Source: Nitrososphaera viennensis EN76
GTDB taxonomy: Archaea > Thermoproteota > Nitrososphaeria > Nitrososphaerales > Nitrososphaeraceae
Assembly (NCBI RefSeq): GCF_000698785.1
Contig: NZ_CP007536.1
Location: 510,001-542,000, forward strand
Direction of reading: 5' to 3'
DNA length: 32,000 nt
In this document: positions 1 through 7,262 of the stretch, piece after piece
Numbering within the stretch: the first letter of the stretch is position 1
How the letters are laid out: each line of letters begins with the position of its first letter
The notes under the pieces: model-generated
The model's database searches: none
Told to the model about the DNA's origin: nothing
The model's input: only the letters and a program-made list of their open reading frames with translations
Position numbers and translations under genes: made by a program

Positions 1-12
1 ACCTATCGGGAT

Positions 13-378
13 TTGTGTGATGAGCTCTTGCAACTCGATCACATTCGGTTAGTGGGAGTGGTTGACAGCAGGGGAAAAATCCTCTTTTCGGATTACGGGC
101 ATTCAGGCTCTCCGGCGCTGTCAAGGCCTGAAGCAGAAGACCTGTTGTTCCGGGCTGCGGTAAGGATGGGGACGCGCAAGGAATTTGCGGAAAAGTTTGG
201 CGGCATCGTATATTCTCTTACAGAGTACGGGTCTATAGTGCAGTATTCAATACCGCTGGACAGGGATGCCAAGGCATTCCTCTTTGTGCAGACAGCCAAG
301 ATGGACGGTCCAGCCCATACGCGTTATATGACAATTGACAAAATACGAGATGTCTTGAAGAAGCACGGATATGGCTGA
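13..378 (+). CDS. hypothetical protein, family not assignable (small regulatory alpha/beta fold suspected); possibly 5'-partial
   Basis: 121-codon ORF. The reading frame is open back to nt 1, so the gene may begin left of the window. No diagnostic motif recognised. Confidence 0.45.
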   Translation: MCDELLQLDHIRLVGVVDSRGKILFSDYGHSGSPALSRPEAEDLLFRAAVRMGTRKEFAEKFGGIVYSLTEYGSIVQYSIPLDRDAKAFLFVQTAKMDGPAHTRYMTIDKIRDVLKKHGYG

Positions 379-536
379 CATCATCGAGCTAGAATTTTCT
401 TTTTGTGCAAAATGCATGTGAATTTTTCACGTTGCTCCCAATCCTGATCCATGTAGATTTCAATAACTGCGCAGATATTAGCTAAAATTGACGGGAGCAA
501 ATAATATTATCAAAGATGACAATAAAATAGACGGAA

Positions 537-1016
537 ATGCCGGCCGATTCACTGAACGCAAATTTTTCTAAAACAATCGAATCTGTGTTAAGCGGGCTTG
601 GCGAGGAAGCAAGGGAACTCATCCTGAAACACATAAGGGAAAAGTACGGCATGGACGCCGAACAGATACTGCAATACCGCGAGGAGTTTGCCAACTATCT
701 ACGCGAGATCATGGGCAATAGCGCAGAAACCATCGTGGAAAAACTGGACGAGGCCATTCCAAAGGCCCAATGCAGTCGCAGAGACGGTCGTGTGGCCAAG
801 CCGCCATCAAGGCTCATGGTAGAGAAGATCCCGACCGGCGTCTTTTTCATAATGTGCGAACATTGCCTTTGGTGTGCCACGCTCCTGAAATACATGCCTA
901 GGCCAAGATGCTACAGCTGCAGCAAAAGAATCCGCGACGCTGTCCCCATTTCAAGCGGAGAGAGCTTTGATGTAAGCATGGATGAAAAAAGAGGCATTAC
1001 ACTTTCATTCTGGTAA
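537..1016 (+). CDS. hypothetical protein with C-terminal Cys-rich (zinc-ribbon-like) segment
   Basis: 159-aa ORF. The C-terminal part has CEHCLWC ... CYSC spacing typical of a 4-Cys zinc ribbon. The N-terminal helical region resembles the N-terminus of the next ORF. Confidence 0.5.
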   Translation: MPADSLNANFSKTIESVLSGLGEEARELILKHIREKYGMDAEQILQYREEFANYLREIMGNSAETIVEKLDEAIPKAQCSRRDGRVAKPPSRLMVEKIPTGVFFIMCEHCLWCATLLKYMPRPRCYSCSKRIRDAVPISSGESFDVSMDEKRGITLSFW

Positions 1017-1109
1017 AATCACGCTTTCGTTCTGTTAAAAATAACCAGAACAGACACAAACCATGGTAAATAATTGATATATATCTGCAAGACAAATAAC
1101 ATCTGAATT

Positions 1110-1940
1110 TTGTCAGAATGTTTGCACATACTCGACAGGTTGGGCTACAGCAGGCTCTCCGGTAATGCGGACCAGATCCTGATCGAATCTGTGAGGGACG
1201 CCTTGAGAATTTTTGGCGACGCCGCCGGATCGCTTATCTCCATTTTGGCCACAGACAGCGGGCTGTCTGAAAAAGAGCTCCTGCTTGACTACAGGGCCGT
1301 CGAAATGTCGCTTAACAGGAGGCTCGGCAAGGATATCGGGAAGATGATAATGGGCCTGATAAAGAAAGAGCTCTTGCGCCACGTCCCCTCGGCAGATTCT
1401 GACCAAGACATCGGCGAGATCGTTGACAGGATCCGCATTACAGATGTAGTAAATTTTGTCCGCTCGCGGGAGGGGCACGAGCACGTGCTTTTCCTTTACA
1501 AGAATGCAAAGACAAAGGACGAGGTGCTCGCAGAATTTTTCGAGTCTGCCGCCACCACTACCCCAAAAGGCATCCTGTCAGTGTCACCATGCCGCATCCC
1601 TTCCACGAACAACATGCTGTATGGCGAGCTTTTGTCCGTAGAACGCTCCAAAGCAATGAGCAAAGCCTTCGACTGGGTTTACACGATACATTCGGTAAAC
1701 GACTCGAAGAAAGGCACGAGGATAGCCGGAGAGGACGCCTCGTGGTTTTTCAGAAACGGCCTTGAAAACGAATTCACCCAGGGAGAAAGGGCCATTGGAA
1801 CGCGGGCGGCCGAAAACATTTCCTTTCTCTGCTCTTACGATCTTGCCAAGCTTGACGAAAGGCATCTTGAAACCATCATCCCCTTCCACGGCTTTGTAAT
1901 TCTTGACGACCCTCCTGCAGTCTACAAGGGCCCAGCGTAA
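1110..1940 (+). CDS. putative MEDS-domain (DcmR-like sensory) protein
   Basis: 276-aa ORF with a TTG start. The central HEHVLFLYKNAKTKDEVLAEFF block resembles the start of MEDS domains. Assignment is by eye only. Confidence 0.5.
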   Translation: MSECLHILDRLGYSRLSGNADQILIESVRDALRIFGDAAGSLISILATDSGLSEKELLLDYRAVEMSLNRRLGKDIGKMIMGLIKKELLRHVPSADSDQDIGEIVDRIRITDVVNFVRSREGHEHVLFLYKNAKTKDEVLAEFFESAATTTPKGILSVSPCRIPSTNNMLYGELLSVERSKAMSKAFDWVYTIHSVNDSKKGTRIAGEDASWFFRNGLENEFTQGERAIGTRAAENISFLCSYDLAKLDERHLETIIPFHGFVILDDPPAVYKGPA

Positions 1941-2068
1941 GGACACTGCAAAATCTATCCAGAGAACGTGTGTACTGATGTGTTTTGCTTGGCTAGTTGC
2001 CACAGGTGAAGGCCGCAAGGCGAGCCGCATCCCCAGACATCCAGGTACTGTCCGGAATTCTCTTTGGT

Positions 2069-2102
2069 AAAAAAAAATGCGCCTAGGATCTTCTTCTAGG
2101 CG
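2069..2102 (-). terminator. hairpin plus T9 terminator downstream of the CoA-binding gene
   Basis: On the minus strand a 7-bp stem (CGCCTAG/CTAGGCG, 2080-2086 pairing with 2096-2102, 9-nt loop) is followed by nine T (plus-strand A-run 2069-2077). It starts 9 nt after the stop at 2111. Confidence 0.55.
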
Positions 2103-2110
2103 TCACGTCA

Positions 2111-2530
2111 TTAGTTGCCGAAAAGCCGCTGGTGCTCTTCGAGCATGCAGCGGTTGTACACCACCTTGATGCCCTTTTCCTTGGCAAGTTTTTCAGCCTG
2201 CTCGTTGTGGATTCCCAGCTGCATCCACACCACCTTGATGCCGGCCTTTTTCACGGCGTCCATCACCACCGGCAGGACGTCGTCTGACGGCCTGAAAACG
2301 TCGACGATGTCGATCTGGTCGGGAACGCTTGAAACGTTCGGGTAGGATTTTCTGCCCATTATCTCTGGCGCTGTCGGGTTGACGGGTATCACGTTGTACC
2401 CCTGCTCTATCAGGTATTTCGGGACATAGTTTGCCGGCTTGCCGTCGGTCTTGGACATGCCCACCACCGCGATGTTTTTCAGCTTGTAGAATTCCCGGAT
2501 TTCCGCGTCAGAGAACGAGTCAGTATTCAC
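2111..2530 (-). CDS. CoA-binding domain protein (YccU/YneT-like)
   Basis: 139 aa. NIAVVGMS...KPANYVPKYL...GYNVIPVNP and a later VVWMQLG block match the CoA-binding Rossmann family. GTG start. Confidence 0.85.
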   Translation of the reverse strand: MNTDSFSDAEIREFYKLKNIAVVGMSKTDGKPANYVPKYLIEQGYNVIPVNPTAPEIMGRKSYPNVSSVPDQIDIVDVFRPSDDVLPVVMDAVKKAGIKVVWMQLGIHNEQAEKLAKEKGIKVVYNRCMLEEHQRLFGN

Positions 2531-2552
2531 AATGTGATTTTCGTCCAGATGT

Positions 2553-2560
2553 TATTTAAA
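2553..2560 (-). promoter_or_regulatory. TATA box (TTTAAATA on minus strand) for the CoA-binding gene, leaderless geometry
   Basis: Box centre is about 26 nt upstream of the GTG start at 2530. Confidence 0.45.
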
Positions 2561-2647
2561 CGCAATCAGGAATGCGTCCCCTAGGTCGAAAGATAAAGGG
2601 AAGCAGGCCAAGATCATAATAGATGATGAAATCTAGGACACGCTAGT

Positions 2648-3427
2648 TCAGCTGATGAATTTCTTTGTGAAGTCGATCATGTTTTGTGCAGTCGTCAGAT
2701 AACTTTGCGCATCTTCGGAGCTTATTTCAAAGGGCTTGCTAAGATATCTCGCTCCGTCAACTAGGCCATGTAGTTTGTTTAGCAGACCTTTGTAGTCTTC
2801 ATTCGCTCTATTCGCCAGCATTAGAGAATTGTATTTGAGTCTAGTCCAAACGTGAGTCTGCTTCTTAACGTATTCTTGTTCAGAAATGACAAATAACTGA
2901 GAGGTTGCTAGCAGTTCCACAGTGCTAAACAAGTTATCTACAAATGATCGCCATAATTTCTTCTCGTAACAATACTTTGCTGCTTCATAGAATTGAATTG
3001 CAGCATCCAGTCGTTCTTGAGCTTTTCCCTTATAATGCCTGAAATCGAATTGGATTATCCAATATCCTCTAAATTGAAGCAGGGTTACATGCCCTGCATC
3101 AGGGCTATCCTGATCAGTCAAGGTTACTCCTATAATCTCTTCAATTTCGTCTTCAAAGACTTCTTCTTTGAATTGTTTTTTGATGTCTGGTTTTAGTTTT
3201 AATTTTGCAATGGCCTTGACTTCATCATTTAGTCTTACTTCAGACGAATTCCTGTTAGGATCAAGAACTATCTGGGCTTTTGTTACTTGATAGTCTTTAG
3301 AGATAAGCCCATTTTCGACTCTCCGATTGAGCTCAGGATAGATCCATAGTTGCAAAATGTGATTGAAGAAGGTCTTTGCGCCTTCTTCATCAAGAGTTGG
3401 CTTTTGGTTTCCGACTTCAGAAGTCAT
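2648..3427 (-). CDS. hypothetical protein, unknown N-terminal domain plus HEPN-like C-terminal helical domain (tentative)
   Basis: 259 aa in an AT-rich segment. The C-terminal half (AAIQFYEAAKYCYEKKLWRSFVDNLFSTVELLATSQL ... THVW ... LHGLVDGARY ... SSEDAQ) resembles the non-catalytic HEPN helical bundle pattern. Its start overlaps the upstream ORF by 4 nt. Confidence 0.55.
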   Translation of the reverse strand: MTSEVGNQKPTLDEEGAKTFFNHILQLWIYPELNRRVENGLISKDYQVTKAQIVLDPNRNSSEVRLNDEVKAIAKLKLKPDIKKQFKEEVFEDEIEEIIGVTLTDQDSPDAGHVTLLQFRGYWIIQFDFRHYKGKAQERLDAAIQFYEAAKYCYEKKLWRSFVDNLFSTVELLATSQLFVISEQEYVKKQTHVWTRLKYNSLMLANRANEDYKGLLNKLHGLVDGARYLSKPFEISSEDAQSYLTTAQNMIDFTKKFIS

Positions 3428-3681
3428 TTCTTTTCTTTAGTGACTGTTTCTGTTATTCCTCTCTTGTATTCGAAGCCACTTCCTAGTGCTCCAATCTTAA
3501 CTCCCCATTCTCTCTTCTTTTCTACTACTTTTCGTTTGACTAGAAACTTCTTTCTTGCCTCATTTTCCATGTTGCTTCTGAACGTTCGGTATGCGTCTTG
3601 GTTCTGCAGATACCTAAGATCTGTAAGTGATGGATACTTGTTTATGGGAAAACGTCTCCCATTGTTTGTAATCCATTTCAT
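3424..3681 (-). CDS. small basic hypothetical protein
   Basis: 85-aa Lys/Arg-rich ORF. Its stop overlaps the start of the 259-aa ORF (ATGA, 3424-3427), indicating translational coupling. Confidence 0.5.
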   Translation of the reverse strand: MKWITNNGRRFPINKYPSLTDLRYLQNQDAYRTFRSNMENEARKKFLVKRKVVEKKREWGVKIGALGSGFEYKRGITETVTKEKK

Positions 3682-3740
3682 GCGGATGTTATAGAAGAAC
3701 TTGCATTAATCCATTTTCCGGTGAATCATGCTCGGATTCG

Positions 3741-5036
3741 TCATTCTAGCATTTCGCGAAGCTCTTCGTATTCTTCTTTTGTGATTTCTCCTTTCGCCAG
3801 ACGCATCTTTAGAACAAGAAGAGGGCTTTCCCTTGTCTGAACAGTTTCCGTCTTTTGGCCTGCCTGAATGTTTGACGTAGGTGCTGTCTGAGGAGAAGAC
3901 TTTTCTTGAAGCTTTACTAGCTGATTGTAGAGTTCGGCGGCGAATTCCCTGATAGCCTTTCCTCTAAATGACGTTACGCCAAACCTAGGCGATTGCGGAA
4001 TCCCATTTTCATCAACATAGGGAATTACTAGGTGATGCTCTTTGCCAGATTCATGAATAAAGCCCGTTCCTCCGAATACTCCATCTACAGGCGAACTGCC
4101 AATTCCTGAAACTTGTTGTCGTCTTGTTTTCTCCTCTATACTATAGCTTCCGACATCAATGCTTGCTAATGGAATTATGATGCTCCAGCGTTTAGAGAGA
4201 TCCTTTTCGTTTTTTGTGAATATAACGTGTTTTTCAGTAAGATAGAGCTTGCCTAATTCTTCCTTTGAGAGGAGCCCACCAGCTAGGTAGGCTTTATGAC
4301 CTCCATAGTATGAGGCGACTTCTCCCTTTAGAAGAATCTTGCCATATTGTTTGTGAAAGCAAGATACGCAGAGATTATCAGACTTGACAAAGAATGACTG
4401 TTCATTCTTCAGGCAAACAGAACAGGGCTTAGAGGGCATTTCGGGAGCTAATTCTTGAATTTCAGAAGTTGTAGTCTGCGTGCTTTCGATCTCCTTAGGC
4501 TTTTCGATAGATTTCGTCGAAAGGTTTCCTATCATCAGTCCTATAGTAGTGCTAACTTCATCAAGCTCTTTCCCTACATCAAGAATAAGAGATTCCTGTT
4601 TGTCTCCATTAAGAAAGTCGATCTGAAGATATCTACTTTCTGAAGTCTTACGGAGTCCTATTGTAATGATCATCTTCTTTAGGGAAGCTTCATTCTTAGA
4701 GACTATCTTGGAGCCTCGGATATCTTTAGATTTGAATGAAATGTAGAGATCATCTTTGCTCTTTTCTTTGTTCTTGAATCTGAAAACTACCTTGTTGATT
4801 TGGTCAAAAAGGAGAATCGACAGAAACCCATCCATCTGAACAGGGAGTTGTGAATGTCCTCCTACGTACGTCACTTCGTATTCTTTGATTCCATTCTTGA
4901 TAGTCTCGAAGCATGAATGACAGAGCTTGCCTTCGAATTCCCAGATCTCTTCAGAATCATGGCTTCTCAGACCTAGCGGTTTATGACATCTTGAACATTC
5001 CTTGTCCTTCTCACGAATGTTCTTAATGAAGCTCAA
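3741..5036 (-). CDS. duplicated zinc-ribbon plus PH/GRAM-like protein with C-terminal SHOCT motif
   Basis: 431 aa with a TTG start. There are two CxxC...CxxC ribbons (CSRCH...CHSC and CSVCL...CVSC). Each is followed by a Y.GGH beta-rich module (second copy: LYLTEKHVIFTKNEKD...). The C-terminal LAKGEITKEEYEELREMLE matches the SHOCT short C-terminal domain. Confidence 0.7.
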   Translation of the reverse strand: MSFIKNIREKDKECSRCHKPLGLRSHDSEEIWEFEGKLCHSCFETIKNGIKEYEVTYVGGHSQLPVQMDGFLSILLFDQINKVVFRFKNKEKSKDDLYISFKSKDIRGSKIVSKNEASLKKMIITIGLRKTSESRYLQIDFLNGDKQESLILDVGKELDEVSTTIGLMIGNLSTKSIEKPKEIESTQTTTSEIQELAPEMPSKPCSVCLKNEQSFFVKSDNLCVSCFHKQYGKILLKGEVASYYGGHKAYLAGGLLSKEELGKLYLTEKHVIFTKNEKDLSKRWSIIIPLASIDVGSYSIEEKTRRQQVSGIGSSPVDGVFGGTGFIHESGKEHHLVIPYVDENGIPQSPRFGVTSFRGKAIREFAAELYNQLVKLQEKSSPQTAPTSNIQAGQKTETVQTRESPLLVLKMRLAKGEITKEEYEELREMLE

Positions 5037-5063
5037 TCGGATGCCATATTATATGGCTGGTAT

Positions 5064-5189
5064 TTACCTTTTTTCTAGTTTATCGTCCCGGAACTTTGGG
5101 TCGTTGGCAGGCTGCAGTTTTGTAGTTCTTGAACGTTTCCATCTATAGATAAACGGGTAGGCCGCCAATGTGATTATTGCCGCAATCAT
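5064..5189 (-). CDS. candidate 41-aa small membrane protein (below ORF-track cutoff)
   Basis: Hand translation gives MIAAIITLAAYPFIYRWKRSRTTKLQPANDPKFRDDKLEKR: one hydrophobic helix plus a basic tail. No other support. Confidence 0.25.
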   Translation of the reverse strand: MIAAIITLAAYPFIYRWKRSRTTKLQPANDPKFRDDKLEKR

Positions 5190-5296
5190 TGTCCAACTAA
5201 CGATCTGCACAGTGGTAATAATCTGCTGGAGTTCTGCAAGAGTGACAGTATTAGTTTTGATTTTGATTTCTCTAGTCCAAAAGTGGCTTACTCCGA

Positions 5297-5668
5297 TCAG
5301 GAACCTATCATGCCGGGCAGTTTTATTGGCGCGCGGTATGCCTGCACTATCCGGATGTCAGGGTCCGCAGTCACCGTCACAGAAGTCAGGGGCGTCCCTT
5401 CAGGCGGATATACCGTTGTTTTATAACCTGGCTCCATCGTGCCGATAAATTCCGTCGCGTTGCCGCCATAGCTGACCATGACGTTTGTAAGGGCAATCTT
5501 GCCTGTGTTTGAAAGGACTACGCGGCTGTTTGTAAAAAGAGACTGCTCGTCTTTTAGCGCGTCGACGCTCAGTGAATAGTCTTGGGTAGGTACCTGCGAC
5601 GCATACATGGCCAGTACTGCGGCGACAACGATGCCACCTGCAATCGCAGCCACAAAGGCGAGCCGCAT
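5297..5668 (-). CDS. membrane-anchored or secreted hypothetical protein
   Basis: 123 aa. N-terminal hydrophobic anchor (RLAFVAAIAGGIVVAAVLAMY) followed by a beta-rich Thr/Val-rich domain. Confidence 0.6.
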   Translation of the reverse strand: MRLAFVAAIAGGIVVAAVLAMYASQVPTQDYSLSVDALKDEQSLFTNSRVVLSNTGKIALTNVMVSYGGNATEFIGTMEPGYKTTVYPPEGTPLTSVTVTADPDIRIVQAYRAPIKLPGMIGS

Positions 5669-5705
5669 CTGAGAAGATTTGCTTTATTTAATATTTAAGC
5701 GATCA

Positions 5706-7220
5706 TCATTCGCCTTTTATCTGGGCGCGCGTCTTGAAGACCGGCTTTATCCCGAGCGGCGCATAGTTGCCAGTCGAGCAGGTAAAGCACAGCTCTTCTT
5801 CCGGCATGCCAATTGCGCTTGCAAGGTTTGCAGTGTCGTTGTACGCGACATAGTCTGCGCCAATCACCCTTGCGACCTTGCCCGCCACCTTTTCGTTTGC
5901 CTGCTCTTCTGCGCCGTGCTGGTACGCAATAAGTTCCTCCTGTGACGGAAAGTCGATTCCGGCGTAGCACGGGTAGCGTATGGGCGGGTACGTGACTACG
6001 AGGCTTATCCGCCTTGCGCCTGCCGCGCGCAGCGTGCTTATTATCGACGCAGAGCTGGTGCCGCGGACAATGCTGTCGTCCACGACCACCACGTGCTTGC
6101 CCTCAATGACTTCCCGTATCGGGATTATGCCCTTGTTTATCTCGACCCTGTCGTTCTGGTACGGCTCGATGAAACTGCGCATCGAGCCCTTCTTGCTGTA
6201 CCTGTCCTTCAGCAGGCCCTCCTCAAACGGCAGGCCGGATTCCAGCGCATAGCCAAGCGCCGCGGGCCTTGCCGAGTCAGGGACCGGCACAACCACGTCC
6301 GCGTCCTGTATCGGGAATTTCTTGGCAAGGAACTGGCCTATCTTTTTCCTTGCCGCGTAGACGTTTATCCCCTCCATGATGCTTGACGGGTGCGCAAAGT
6401 ATGTGTATTCAAACGCGCAGTGGGCGTGCGGCGTTTCCGTCGCAAACTGCTGGGACTCGACCCCTGCCTTGCCCATCTTGACCAGTTCCCCCGGCTCGAC
6501 GTCGCGGACAAGCTGCGCCCCGACTGCGGCAAGCGCGCACGACTCCGACGCCACCATGTAGGTGCCAGTTTCCTTGTGAAAGCCAAGGACGAGCGGCCTG
6601 AATCCCCGCGTGTCGCGTGCCGCATACACTGAACCTTCGTCGGTGAGAAACGTAAAGCAGAACGAGCCGACCATCTCGCTTTTCAAAATAGACATCGCAG
6701 ACGCCATGTCGTCCTTTTCGGCGATGTGCATCACCAGGCGCTGGGCGGCAACCAGCGTGTCGCTCATGGTCTGCGGGGTGAACGTGCAGCCGCCCACCAT
6801 GCCTGAAAGCTGCTCCACGTTTGCTATGGTGCCGTTGTGGGCTATGCACAGGTCCTTGACCTTGAGGGGCTGGGCGTTTTCCAGGTTGCTCTTGCCAAAA
6901 GTGGAATAGCGCACGTGGCCGATGGCCGCGCTTGACTTGTATTTGCGCACAATAGCCTGAAAATCAGGCGCGGCCTGCGATACAAGGCCGAGCCTCTTGA
7001 ACGGGGGCTTGTTCGGGACGGCAATGCCCCACGCCTCCTGGCCGCGGTGCTGCAGCGCGCGCAGCATGTCTATGGCAAACGGTATGACATTGTGTCCGGC
7101 AAGCGAAAAGATGCCTACTACGCCGCAGTTTTCATGTACCAATGTTGTTCTTTGTCCCCCAAGCACAAGCAGGCCGAGCAAAAGAAGCCATGCCCATGAC
7201 CGGCAGTAGATAAACGCCAT
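5706..7220 (-). CDS. purF: amidophosphoribosyltransferase (glutamine PRPP amidotransferase)
   Basis: Has the Ntn nucleophile context ENCGVVGIF and the PRPP-binding loop VVVVDDSIVRGTS. The maximal ORF has 31 codons before the Cys. An in-frame TTG at 7142 would give MVHENC and is the more likely start. Confidence 0.95.
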   Translation of the reverse strand: MAFIYCRSWAWLLLLGLLVLGGQRTTLVHENCGVVGIFSLAGHNVIPFAIDMLRALQHRGQEAWGIAVPNKPPFKRLGLVSQAAPDFQAIVRKYKSSAAIGHVRYSTFGKSNLENAQPLKVKDLCIAHNGTIANVEQLSGMVGGCTFTPQTMSDTLVAAQRLVMHIAEKDDMASAMSILKSEMVGSFCFTFLTDEGSVYAARDTRGFRPLVLGFHKETGTYMVASESCALAAVGAQLVRDVEPGELVKMGKAGVESQQFATETPHAHCAFEYTYFAHPSSIMEGINVYAARKKIGQFLAKKFPIQDADVVVPVPDSARPAALGYALESGLPFEEGLLKDRYSKKGSMRSFIEPYQNDRVEINKGIIPIREVIEGKHVVVVDDSIVRGTSSASIISTLRAAGARRISLVVTYPPIRYPCYAGIDFPSQEELIAYQHGAEEQANEKVAGKVARVIGADYVAYNDTANLASAIGMPEEELCFTCSTGNYAPLGIKPVFKTRAQIKGE

Positions 7221-7262
7221 GCGTTAAAAAACGTATCTTGCTTTCTCTCCTCCTCCTCATCA

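Noticed and set aside
5170-5448. 92-aa plus-strand ORF
   Set aside because: It overlaps the 3' part of the better-supported 123-aa minus-strand gene and the candidate 41-aa ORF. It has no promoter-like box.
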